A DNA stretch of 64,000 nt from Macrostomum lignano (taxonomy: Eukaryota): contig NIVC01001117.1 in NCBI GenBank assembly GCA_002269645.1, positions 166,763 to 230,762 of the forward strand, read 5' to 3'. The position numbers were made by a program, and so were the translations under genes. Below the pieces are notes generated by a model. The model saw only the letters and a list, made by a program, of their open reading frames with translations. It was not told the DNA's origin and ran no database searches. Shown here piece by piece: positions 12,351-23,878 of this stretch (positions within the stretch are counted from its first letter, which is position 1; each line of letters starts with the position of its first letter).

Positions 12351-13717
12351 CGTGTTGGTGATCTCCGTGTTATTAACATAATGTGGACGGTTTACTTATT
12401 TTCTTGAGTTTATTCGTGTTTGTAATGGTCTCATGCCGTTGAAAGTATAAATTCATAACTGATGATCGTGCTGTGTAATGTATTGATAACAAAAACTTTT
12501 AACTGTGTTGAAAAGGTCTACATATATACATGTACGGATTTGCATTTTATAGTTTACCGCCATTTTATAATTCTCTATTTTTCTGTATGCGCTAAAAGCT
12601 GGGACTAAACGCCGTTAGTAAACCGTTTGGACAACGTGAGTTCTAAAACTTGTAGTGTCTACTATATACTCTTTTCTGGCAGCTAAATACTCTCCATTTG
12701 AGTATAATCGTAATTGTTTTTGGCCTGTGAAACCCGTACACCTGTCACTTATCACTTAGGCCAATAAATGTCACAAAAAATTGTTCCAATCAACGAAATA
12801 CGTGCCATGAAACATTCCTTTGCTTTATTTATCCGAAAGAATTTATTTCAACACAAGGACTGACAACTAATACGAGTAAAGGAAATAAAACTGTTCAAAT
12901 ATAAGTATAAACTACAATTAATCGTTCAAGGAAGTATAGATTAAAAACCACATAAGGTACTTGTCTCATAGTTACTACTACGCTGAAGTCATTCAACTAC
13001 ATACTTTGTTGCAATGAAAATTGTTGCATGGTACAATAGATAAGCCAATAAGCTATACGAACGGTATGACTTTGTTTAATGCTCGAATACCAGCGTTCTT
13101 ATTTTCGTGCAAAAGAAGCTGGACAAACTGTTATTCAACACGCATCCGATATACCGTCACGCATCATCCTAGTATGTTACTCATGTGTGATAAATAAAGG
13201 CAATTAGATAAATAGCATGCACGGTGAGCAATTATTTAGGCCCTAGACAAACCTACTTGAAGCGTTCGGAGATTTTAAAGCTATTGGCCCTAATTGCCTA
13301 TCGCCGGTCGGCGAGTCCTACCAGTCTTTCTCCAATAGCCGCAGGTACAGTACAAGAAAAGAAAGAACACGAGGGAACACGAACCGAAAGATTTAGGGAG
13401 TGATAATCCTATAAGAATAGCTAATAAGCAATTGACTTGACGGTTTAATTTGACACATTCAATAGTTACAAGATTCAAATTCAAAGCGGCGCAGATAACT
13501 AGAGTTGACAAAACGACGATAACGGTTAACAATAATAATTAGATTACGCAACTGGCAAGCAGATCTCAGCTGAGAAGAAGAGGAAGAGGAACCGAACACG
13601 ACCACGGAGAAGACTCCTAACCCCTGGCCTAAACCAGAACCTACTCTCAAACAAGAGCACTGCCGAATCGACTGTTCAACGGAGCACTGACTAAATTCTA
13701 TAAGCGCTGCCCTTCAG

Positions 13718-14035
13718 TGTGACACTGAGGCCCTCGGGGTCGAGGCCGCGTACTTGATCAGATCCGACAGTCTCTATCTAAACCGCGCTTGATAGCGACG
13801 ACGTCAGACAAGGATGCCGAATCGTTACGCTACAAGACTAAAGCGGTTGGGCGGGGAACAAAGGTATGGACCGGGGCTGACGAATTCAAAACGCCTCAAA
13901 GCGCGAACCAAAGGGAAACAGGCCACCGGCCGGGAAGCTGGACAAAACCAAGAACCGGGAAAAGAAGGCGAGATCCGATTGCCAAATACACTTTCATATA
14001 TAGTCAGAGTCAAACCCTCACAACCCCCCCTCAAG
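13718..14035 (-). mobile_element. Possible LTR-retrotransposon remnant (PPT followed by an LTR-like segment) nested in the foldback element
   Basis: The minus strand reads CTTGAGGGGGGGT then TGTGAGGG... (from 14022) and ends ...GTCACA at 13718 (TGTGA/TCACA termini). No second LTR or clear pol was found. Confidence 0.35.
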
Positions 14036-15323
14036 CTGGGTGGTGGTCGTCTGGCCGGCCGCTTGCTTAAGCCGATTTGCACTGTGCCCGCGGCGCCGGG
14101 TAGAACTGGAACTTGCCGCGTGCCAGGGTCCAGGCCGGTTCTGATTGGCTGACCGCGCAAAGCTGGGGTTCGCAGAAAACTCAACCCTCCGCTGAGTCAC
14201 AAATTTGGCGTCTAACTCTAACCTGTTTACAATTTTAGATTCTAACTAACAAGAGAAAAGTACATCAAAAACGCAAGACTAACTAAAGCAAAATAATAAT
14301 TCAATAACAATATAGAAACTAATACAATCAATTAACTAACAAAATACACGCAAAAGATGCTCACACTACACATGCCTCGTTCGCGAGCGCAATGACATCG
14401 CTGGTTGGACCGACCTTGAAGATCTCTGGGGCCTCTGCGATCTCCGACGCATTGGTTTTAGTGGTCCAAGAGCGGGACACTCGTACTGTTGGGACTGCCG
14501 CTGTTCATCCAGCTCGAGCTGCCGCGGCTCCTCCTGCAGTGCGAGTTGCCGTTGGCCGTCCTGTATCTGCGGATGCCGCTGTTCATCCAGCTCGAGATGC
14601 CGCTGCTCGTCTTGCAGCGCGTGCTGCCGCTGCTCCTCATCAGTTGGGCGTGATCGCCGCTGCATGAAACGCCGACGGTGCACAGTCGATTGTAGCTGAC
14701 TGAAGCCGCGCGAGACAACGAGCAGAGAACGAAGAACAGACACATCACATGAAGAAATAAGGAGCCGAAAGCTCTGCAAAACTTGCTTCCGCAGTCGCTT
14801 TGAACTTTGAAAATGGTGACCCGGAATCTCTCGACGTAGGACAACTGACTGCGTCAGATGTGGCTTAGTTACACGCTGCAGCCAAGCAATGCCATTACCA
14901 CGGTGGCCTTTGTTTCCACAACCATACACACCGTGCAAAAATGCAACCTTGCTAGGATCGGTTATTAATTGGACAACAGACACTCGATCACGTCCGCACC
15001 TACGAAATCCGTCTCGCACACGGATATTAGAATGATTAAATGAACGTGTGCAAACGCAAAGCCTCTGGCAAACCGACTGAATCGATAGTTCATCGCTGTT
15101 GTTGAACGTCACAATGACAGAAAGAGAAGGGCATGGTAGGACCGCACCTACACAAGGCAGAACAGCATCCGGTGGGCCTTGTAATAACTGGTCCTAGAAT
15201 ATGGAAGAGTGCGATTTTAGTCATCAAAAGAGTCAGGAAAGATGGCAACATGGCAGAAGTATCCCAAGAGTTGTACAAAAAGAGAACCTAAAAGTTCCTA
15301 CGAGTCTCGCAATTTAACATTCT

Positions 15324-17655
15324 TGGTATGGAGTTGGTATGGTGTTGGTATACAGTTGGTATAGTTGGTATGTAGTTGGTATGCAGTTGGCATGCAGTTG
15401 GTATGGAGTTGGTATGCAGTTGGCATGTTGGTATGGAGTTGGTATGCAGTTGGCATGGAGTTGGTATGCAGTTGGCATGTTGGTATGGAGTTGGTATGCA
15501 GTTGGCATGTTGGTATGGAGTTGGTATACAGTTGGCATGTTGGAATATAGTTGGTATAGAGTTGGTATGCAGTTGGTATGGAGTTGGTATGGAGTTGGTA
15601 TGCAGTTGGCATGTTGGTATGGAGTTGGTATGCAGTTGGCATACAGTTGGTATGGTGTTCGTATACAGTTGGCGTGTTGGAATATAGTTGGTATGGAGTT
15701 GGTATGTTGGTATAGAGTTGGTATGCAGTTGGCATACAGTTGGTATGGAGTTGGTATACAGTTGGCATACAGTTGGTATGCAGTTGGCATGTTGGTATGG
15801 AGTTGGTATGCAGTTGGCATACAGTTGGTATGGAGTTGGTATGCAGTTGGTATGGAGTTGGTATGTAGTTGGCATATTGGTATGGAGTTGGTATGCAATT
15901 GGCATATTGGTATGGAGTTGGTATGCAGTTGGCATATTGGTATGGAGTTGGTATGCAGTTGGTATGGAGTTGATATGTTGGTATGTAGTTGGTATGCAGT
16001 TGGCATGTTGGTATGTAGTTGGTATGGAGTTGGTATGCAGTTGGCATGTTGGTATATAGTTGGTATAGAGTTGGTATGCAGTTGGTATGCAGTTGGCATG
16101 CAGTTGGTATGTAGTTGGTATGCAGTTGGCATGTTGGTATGGAGTTGGTATGCAGTTGGTATGGAGTTGGTATGCAGTTGGCATATTGGTATGGAGTTGG
16201 TATGCTATTGGTGTACAGTTGACCATAATCTCACCTCTGGACACACATGTTAGAAGCTGTATTTAAATCTCAGTGTGCAACCTTTTTTATATATAAGGTT
16301 GATATATATAAAACCTATATAAACATATTTCTCTGACACTAGTTACTAGATTTCTTAAAAACTATAAACCTTCTATAGGTATCAGTTTCTAGAACAAAAT
16401 TTTGATCAATGAATGAATGAAATGGCAAGTTTTTAAAAGCAATTGTAACAAATAATTTAGGGATTTACTTTGGAAAGTCAGATTGGAGTTAAGACAAATT
16501 TTATTTGAGCTTCAACTTACAACAATTTTTAAGCTTACTGGCAAATTTACAATTAGAATTTTAAGAGAAAATAAACCTTGCCCAAAAGTATAAATCTATA
16601 CATATTTTTTGTCAAACAAAAGCAAAAATATTTCAAATTATAAGCCTCTTTTCTTGGAGCATGCCAAAAATTCACTTTTTTCACATTTTGCCTTAAGTGA
16701 TTCTTTTGTTTTATATTTAATGCCCACAATGGCTTTATTATATTCTATCCATATCTTTATCCTTCATTTCTATATAAGACTTGATAGGTTTATGTTTCCT
16801 GGTTTCTACATTGAAATATTTGTAGTGAACATTATTTTTTTCAAGTAAAGTAAATACTTTTTGATTTATCTAAGCAAATATATTGGGAATATAATATAGC
16901 CTTAAATAAAAGAGTATACAATTATACACTATGTAGATTTTTTTATTTTTTAAGGCTGGCATGCTAAATCTAACTTCACGTGGGCACTTTGAAATAGTAA
17001 AATGGAGAAAACAGTTATACCATAGGGTAATCCTCAACCTTGATCATTTTTATACAAAATCTGAAAATGTTGGCAAATATACATATGGCATCTTGATTAT
17101 TATATTTCCATCTGCATATACATGTTTAGATGTATACATGCATCCAAATTTTGACGAAAAACCCTGATCCATACAACACAAATACTTCAGCATTGGAAAA
17201 GCAACAGTTTCTCTTTTTAAAAACCTTGCAACCCTAAGTGACAGTGTCACAAATGTCCGAGACAAAACAATATGTTGCACGATTTAAAACGGATAGTTTT
17301 ATTTTCCAATGATTCACTAAAAGCTTGAACTTTTAACTTCAACTAAAATGTACAAATACTTGAGGTTCGTCTCCTTGTACGCTTTTAATACCTCAGTGAA
17401 CTATTTAGCACACTGCAGCTAATCGTTGTACACGATGCATGTGCACGCTACGCGATAAAAGCCATAATTTGAAAGTCTGGAACGAGTGCACAAAAACAAA
17501 ATTTCAAAATTAAAACTATGCATGGACTGCTTTATTTCATTAAATATGAATTAGGAAGTGTCCTAGACAAATTTAATGCTTGTTCCTAACCGTACGACAG
17601 AAACTAAAGTGTCTGTAGAAGTGTCTGAATAAGTGTCGGCGAATGTTTCATACGT
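15324..17655 (-). repeat. Right inverted arm: longer inner satellite (about 15324-16215) plus unique part
   Basis: Reverse complement of 7020-8872. Only a few differences were noticed by eye in the unique part, and the satellite is about twice as long. Confidence 0.95.
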
Positions 17656-17685
17656 CGTTTCTTAGGTTAACTACTTATTCGCTAG

Positions 17686-17704
17686 CCAATCGCAGGAGAC
17701 CACA
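17686..17704 (+). promoter_or_regulatory. ER-stress response element (ERSE)-like CCAAT-N9-CCACA
   Basis: The sequence ccaat cgcaggaga ccaca lies about 200 bp upstream of the endoplasmin ATG, with exact N9 spacing. The vertebrate GRP78/GRP94 ERSE consensus is CCAAT-N9-CCACG. Confidence 0.6.
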
Positions 17705-17901
17705 TCTAAAAGCGTGTGAAGACGCTGGCGCACGAGTTTAAATTGAGTTTCTTTTTCAAGTTTAATTTATATTCTGAAAAATCTTTGCAGAGTTTTGATA
17801 CACGGTGACACTAAATTGATATTCTAAGCTTTTAGTAATTTGCACTGACTTGTTTCGTGCGCTTATTCAAGCCGAATTCGAATCATAAATAGCTGGTGGA
17901 A

Positions 17902-20900
17902 ATGCGTCAGCGATATATAATCCTAGCATTTTTCATTCTAATTTCACTTGGTGAGTATTCCGAAATCTGGCGTCAATTATTTGGCTTGAAGTTCTATACA
18001 CTTAACAGGTTTATCTGACTTTACATTTGACTGTAACTAATGTTAGTTTGTGTAAAAAAATGCAACTAAACCAAATAGACTTTGTCAGCAATAGTTTTTG
18101 TAGAGTTAAATATAAATTGTCAAGTGTCATATTAATCTGTTTTATTTGTCTTGTTTTTTGTTGAGTCCATTCAATCTATATATTTAGAAATAATTCCTTT
18201 TAAATAGGATGTGTTATAAACCTGCTATGGCTATCACTATTCAATTTTATTTTTGCTTGTGTATATTAGTTTTTAGGACCTAAAATTTGTAATTGCCATA
18301 TATTTTTATTTTTATATACTAAGTCAATTCAAAGACCTTTATATTAAATTGAGGCCTAATTAGTTATAACTTAGTCATAGGAAAATCCTATTGTGATAAT
18401 ATTTAAAATTTAATAATAAACTTTATTTACATTTTGTATAATAATAAAATAAATAAATAAGACTTTTTAGTATGAAAAGCTTTCAAAAATAGTCCAACAT
18501 TGAAAACCAAACTTTTAAATCTTATTTAGATTATATGTTAATTTTATTTTAATCTATAAGTATAGTTGATTTAAAAATTTTTTCTTTTAACAGGTTGTTT
18601 CTAGTTAAAGTCTAGTTTTAAGCATTTAGTATAAGTCAAATTGTATTAAAATATGTCTTACTTTATTAGCTATTTAAATCAACATTTTATTTGATTCACA
18701 GGCCTCCTATCATCTCTGGTGCCACCAGTCCAGGCCCAAGCTGGAGATTCTGATCCTACCAAGGTTAAAGAAGCAACTGGAGGTGACAAGGTTGGCTCAA
18801 AAACAGATGACAAAGTTGTTGAGCGAGAAGAGCAAGCCATTAAGCTAGATGGACTCAATGCAGCTCAAGTGAAGGAGCTCCGCGACAAAGCTGAGAAGTT
18901 TGCTTTCCAGGCCGAGGTGGATCGGATGATGAAGTTGATCATCAATTCTCTTTACAAGAACAAGGAGATTTTCCTACGCGAATTAATTTCAAATGCCAGC
19001 GACGCCCTGGACAAGATTCGCTTCATGTCGCTCACTAATAAGGAGGTCCTGGATGCCACCCCGGAGCTAAGCATCAAGATCAAGGCCGACAAAGAGGATA
19101 AAACGCTGCGCGTGATTGACACGGGCATTGGCATGACCAAGGAGGACCTGGTGAAGAATCTTGGCACAATTGCCAAATCTGGCACCTCGGAGTTCTTGAC
19201 AAAACTATCCGAGGTCCAGTCTACCACCGAGAGTAGCGATCTGATTGGCCAGTTTGGCGTTGGCTTCTACAGCTCGTTCCTTGTTGCCGACCGAGTCACC
19301 GTTATCACTAAGCACAACGATGACAAGCAATACATTTGGGAGTCGGACGCTAACAGTTTCTCAGTGACGGAGGATCCGCGCGGTAACACGCTGAAGCGAG
19401 GCACAGAGATCATTTTGCACATGAAAGAGGAAGGCTTGGATTGGCTAGAGCCCAGCAGCCTTCGCGATCTCATTGTTAAATACTCGCAGTTTATTAACTT
19501 CCCAATCTATGTGTGGGAAAGTCGAACTGAGACTGTTGAGGAAGCTCAGGACAAGGACGAGAAGAAGGAAAAGAAAGACGAGGATGCCACTGTGGAAGAA
19601 GAGAAGGATAAATCGGAGCCAAAGAAGGTTGAGAAAACCGTCTGGGACTGGCGATTGGTCAACGAGAACAAGCCTATCTGGACTCGCAAACCAGCCGATA
19701 TCAAGGACGAAGAGTACAATCAGTTCTTTAAATCGTTTACTAAAGCTAGCGAAGATCCGCTGGCTAAGTCGCATTTCGTTGCCGAAGGCGAAGTCACATT
19801 CAAGAGCATCCTGTTTGTGCCTAAGACAGCCGATTTCGATGCCTGGTCCAACTATGGCAAGAAAACTGACAACATCAAGATGTACGTTCGGCGAGTATTT
19901 ATCACCGACAATTTCGAAGAGATGATGCCAAAGTATCTCAGCTTCATTAAGGGCATCGTTGATTCCGACGATCTGCCCCTTAACGTCAGCCGTGAGACTC
20001 TCCAGCAGCACAAACTGTTAAAGGTGATTAAGAAGAAGCTCGTCAGAAAGGCGCTTGACATGATTAAGAAGATCGAGCCGGAGCAGTATAAACAATTTTG
20101 GAAGGAATACTCAACCAACATCAAGGTTGGAATTATTGACGATGCGGCTAACCGGACGCGCCTGTCCAAGCTTCTGCTGTTCTGGTCGTCTCACGACAGC
20201 AAAGAGCAGGTGTCCCTGGCCGACTATGTCAGCCGCATGAAGGAGAAGCAGGACAACATCTATTTCATGTCTGGTCAATCCAGGAAGGAAGTTGAGAACT
20301 CTCCGTTCGTTGAGAAGCTGCTGAAACGCGGATACGAAGTTCTGTACCTACTGGAGCCGATCGATCAGTACGCCATCCAGTCACTGCCAGAGTTCGAAGG
20401 GAAGAAGTTCCAGAATGCTGCCAAGGACGGCATCCAGATTGGCGAAGAGACCGCCGAGGTCAAGGAGCGCAAGGAGGCATTGACTAAGGAGTTCGAACCC
20501 CTGACCAAGTGGCTGCAGGAGACCGCCTTGAAAGACAAGATCGAGAAGGCCCAGATCTCCGACCGCCTCGCATCTTCGCCTTGCGCCCTGGTCGCCTCCC
20601 AGTACGGCTGGGACGCCGCTATGGACCGTGTGATGCGCGCTCAGGCCTACCAGAAGGCCCAGGATCCTTCCCAGGTGCACTTCTCGTCGCAGAAGAAAAT
20701 CTTGGAGATTAATCCGCGCCATCCGTTAATCAAGGAGCTCAAACGACGCGCCGCCGATCAGCCTGACGACAAGTCTACGCGCAGCTGGCCACCATCCTGT
20801 ACGAGGCTGCCACCCTGCGCAGCGGCTACGTTCTGGAGGACTCCGCCGGCTTCGCTGAGCGTATCGAGTCGATGCTCCGCCTGTCGGTCGGCGTGCCGGA

Positions 20901-21053
20901 ATCTGAGGGCGTCGAGGAGGACATCGAAGACGAACCGATGCCGACTCCTGCCACCAGTTCGAAAGAGGGCACGTCCGACGAGGTCAAGGATGAGAAGTCG
21001 GCCGATGATGTGGTAAGCCGCAGACGCATGATGCAGTAGAATGAATTAAATAC

Positions 21054-21122
<69 letters not shown>

Positions 21123-21139
21123 AATACTACTACTTCTAC

Positions 21140-21187
<48 letters not shown>

Positions 21188-21243
21188 AAATTACGAACCT
21201 AACTTTTGCTATTTCCTCTTAATTTCAGAAGGAGGAGCTGTAA
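17902..21243 (+). CDS. HSP90B1: Endoplasmin (GRP94). Exons 17902-17950, 18702-21012 (1-nt deletion near 20783) and 21229-21243.
   Basis: Signal peptide [17 protein letters not shown]|LLSSL. Motifs: [51 protein letters not shown] and [13 protein letters not shown]. Shifting frame after STR restores [15 protein letters not shown]. The final exon encodes KEEL-stop. All introns are GT-AG. Confidence 0.95.
21050..21187. repeat. (TAC)n microsatellite in endoplasmin intron 2
   Basis: Read directly. Confidence 0.95.
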
Positions 21244-22059
21244 ACGATGCTTTAAGAATCTTTCGAACAAGAACTCGGACAAGATTCGCGCTGTGTAACT
21301 CGCCAAAACAAAGATTTTCATGAACTTGCAATTTTGGACGGAAATTTTCTACGGCTCATTTGCTCACCATTTATATAGCGCTGTCTGCAACAAAAGATTC
21401 ACTCTAATGCTAGAATTTCGCTAATATTGACTGCAGTTTTGTCTGTTACGAAAAAATTCCAGGTCAGAAACTCGTATTTCGATTGTTAGTAAATGTTTTT
21501 TTAGCATAATTAGTGATTATTATTGTGCAGTACAGTTCATGTAGTTAGTACGAGGCATTATTGTACAACGAGCGTTGAACAGCTTTGATATTATAGCATT
21601 AATATCAATATCTCATTTTTGATCATTCGAAATTCCCGTGTTTTCAATTTTATAATAAGTATTCGGTGTTTTTCTGTCTCTGCGAGACCTGCTCTAATTA
21701 ATCAAAATCGATTAATAAAGACCATAAAGACCTACTCTGTGCGTCTATTTGCAAAGTTGTGCATTTTTTATTTAACTATAACATCAAAATTCGCTTTTTT
21801 TGCTGCCGTTGTCTGCTTCTATTGTTTGTTTGTCCGTCTTGTCCTGTCCTGTCAACTTCTCTTGTCACTAGCAAAATTAATAAACACGAACTTTAGTTAC
21901 GCTTAATTGTTATTTATAATACCAAAAATGAGCTTTTCCAAGCTAAGCACTTTTCATATAATTTGTTTCTCAGTTTATAGGACGGATTTCAATGAGTGAT
22001 TTTGCATGGAAATCATAGGATAATTAATCCTTGACATAAATCTCTCAACTGGAGAATCG

Positions 22060-23680
22060 ATCTCATTGGAATCTCACTCTAATCTCATTGGAATCGCCTT
22101 CCAATCTCGTTGGAATCGCCTTCCAATCTCACTGGGAATCCCTCCAAGTTCATTCGAAATCTCCCCCTTCCCCAATTTCATTTGAAATCCCTCCAATCTC
22201 ATTGGGAATCTCCCTCCAAGTGCATTGGGAATCTCCCTCCAAGTGCATTGGGAATCTCCCTCCAATCTCATTGGGAATCTCCCTTTAATCTCATCAGGAA
22301 TCTCCCTCAAAGTACATTGGGAATCTCCCTCCGATCACGTTGGGAATCTTCCTTTAATCTCATTGGGAATCTCCCTCCAAGTGCATTGGGAATCTCCCTC
22401 CAATCTCATTGGGAATCTCCCTTTAATCTCATCAGGAATCTCCCTCAAAGTACATTGGGAATCTCCCTCCGATCACGTTGGGAATCTTCCTTTAATCTCA
22501 TTGGGAATCTCCCTCCAAGTGCATTGGGAATCTCCCTCCAAGTGCATTGGGAATCTCCCTCCAATCTCATTGGGAATCTCCCTTTAATCTCATCAGGAAT
22601 CTCCCTCAAGTACATTGGGAATCTCCCTCCGATAACGTTGGGAATCTTCCTTTAATCTCATTGGGAATCTCCCTCCAAGTGCATTGGGAATCTCCCTCCA
22701 ATCTCATTGGGAATCTCCCTCCAATCTCATTGGGAATCTTCCTTTAATCTCATCAGGAATCTCCCTCAAAGTACATTGGGAATCTCCCTCCGATCACGTT
22801 GGGAATCTTCCTTTAATCTCATTGGGAATCTCCCTCCAAGTGCATTGGGAATCTCCCTCCAATCTCATTGGGAATCTCCCTTTAATCTCATCAGGAATCT
22901 CCCTCAAAGTACATTGGGAATCTCCCTCCCATCACGTTGGGAATCTTCCTTTAATCTCATTGGGAATCTCCCTCCAATCTCATTGGGAATCTCCCTTTAA
23001 TCTCATCAGGAATCTCCCTCAAAGTACATTGGGAATCTCCCTCCGATCACGTTGGGAATCTTCCTTTAATCTCATTGGGAATCTCCCTCCAAGTGCATTG
23101 GGAATCTCCCTCCAAGTGCATTGGGAATCTCCCTCCAATCTCATTGGGAATCTCCCTTTAATCTCATCAGGAATCTCCCTCAAGTACATTGGGAATCTCC
23201 CTCCGATAACGTTGGGAATCTTCCTTTAATCTCATTGGGAATCTCCCTCCAAGTGCATTGGGAATCTCCCTCCAATCTCATTGGGAATCTCCCTTTAATC
23301 TCATCAGGAATCTCCCTCAAAGTACATTGGGAATCTCCCTCCGATCACGTTGGGAATCTTCCTTTAATCTCATTGGGAATCTCCCTCCAAGTGCATTGGG
23401 AATCTCCTTCCAATCTCATTGGGAATCGCCCTCCAATCTCATTGAGAATCTCCCTCCAAATACATTGGGAATCTCTTTTTAATCTCGCTGGGAATCTCCC
23501 TCCAAATACATAGGGAATCGCCCTCCAATCTCGTTGGGAATCTCCCTCCAATCTCATATAAACTCCCTTCAATAGGAATCTCCCTCCAATTACATTGGGA
23601 ATCTCCCTCCAATCTAATTGAAAATCGCCCTCCAATCTCATTGGGAATCTCACTCCAATCTCATTGGGAATCTCACTCAG
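22060..23680. repeat. About 22-23 bp minisatellite (gggaatctccctccaatctcatt and variants) with internal block duplications
   Basis: Read directly. The block starting at 22547 recurs at 23121 (ORF translations begin identically). Confidence 0.95.
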
Positions 23681-23878
23681 TGTCGTCACTAATCGGAATT
23701 AATTATCAAATAGCTGCTATTTTGACTACTGTTCTTGCGAAATACGAGTAGTATGAAGCGCAAAACTAAGCTGTGGAACCATCGCATTCTGTCAACAAGT
23801 CTTGGCTCTTATTCTTAGTTTTTGGAAAAACTGAAACTTTCAGGTTTAGTTAGCGACCAGAAACCTCGGAGCAGTCTG

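Larger units (their letters stand above)
7020..17655 (+). mobile_element. Foldback-type Mutator-like (NOF-FB/Rehavkus-like) DNA transposon, about 10.6 kb, with very long inverted arms
   Basis: 7020 acgtatgaaacattcgccgacac... is the reverse complement of ...gtgtcggcgaatgtttcatacgt 17655. The arms match for about 1.4 kb of unique sequence plus an inner satellite. Flanking direct repeat cgtttctt at 7012-7019 and 17656-17663 (cgtttctta if read as 9 bp). Internal DDE transposase ORFs. Confidence 0.9.

Noticed and set aside
14760-14844. KVQSDCGSKF resembling retroviral integrase SDNGxEF
   Set aside because: The downstream PxxNGxxER/E motif and upstream HHCC/first D are missing.
14880-14945. FLHGVYGCGNK as a Walker A P-loop
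   Set aside because: It lacks GK[ST] in any simple frameshift reading, and no Walker B was identified.
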